64,000 nt of DNA, taken from positions 122,700,001 through 122,764,000 of the forward strand of contig NW_024704742.1 in assembly GCF_018977255.1 (NCBI RefSeq). The letters are read 5' to 3'. The position numbers were made by a program, and so were the translations under genes. Below, in pieces: positions 63,876 through 64,000 of this stretch (positions are counted from its first letter, which is position 1; each line of letters begins with the position of its first letter). The DNA is from Callorhinchus milii (taxonomy: Eukaryota). The notes beneath the pieces are model-generated. The model was not told where the DNA came from and did no database searches. It saw nothing but the letters and a program-made list of their open reading frames with translations.

Positions 63876-64000
63876 GACACTTAGTGGGAAATCGATACAC
63901 ACAATAAATAAAGTTGGACAACTTAGTATTACTCACACTGAACAAAAAGCAGAGGTCCAAATTTCTCCTGGACTTAACCTTAAGACCACTGTCTTATTTC

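Overview
Eukaryotic, AT-rich, CpG-poor DNA that reads as vertebrate intron or intergenic sequence. The repeats point to a cartilaginous fish, probably a holocephalan (inference from recalled repeat families, not a database hit). Retroelements make up a large share of the window: a young tRNA(Ala)-headed SINE with an (ATT)n tail in short and long forms, older Deu-domain SINEs, two lineages of L2 LINE fragments with (TTG)n tails, and CR1 LINE fragments. One near-full-length, dead CR1 lies at about 58.9-63.6 kb on the minus strand and carries two nested SINEs. I recognise no host protein-coding gene; a few splice-site-bounded open stretches are listed as low-confidence exon candidates. Most ORF-track entries are by-products of SINE, L2 or CR1 sequence. 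The most notable items are a 166-codon coiled-coil frame that may be a Gypsy gag fossil (46.3-46.8 kb), the 3' stem-loop shared between the SINE and L2, a modular SINE architecture, several palindromic or MITE-like elements, a 2.4-kb-spaced inverted repeat, and templated-insertion scars. I found no convincing new multi-gene system. Repeat boundaries were read by eye and are approximate.
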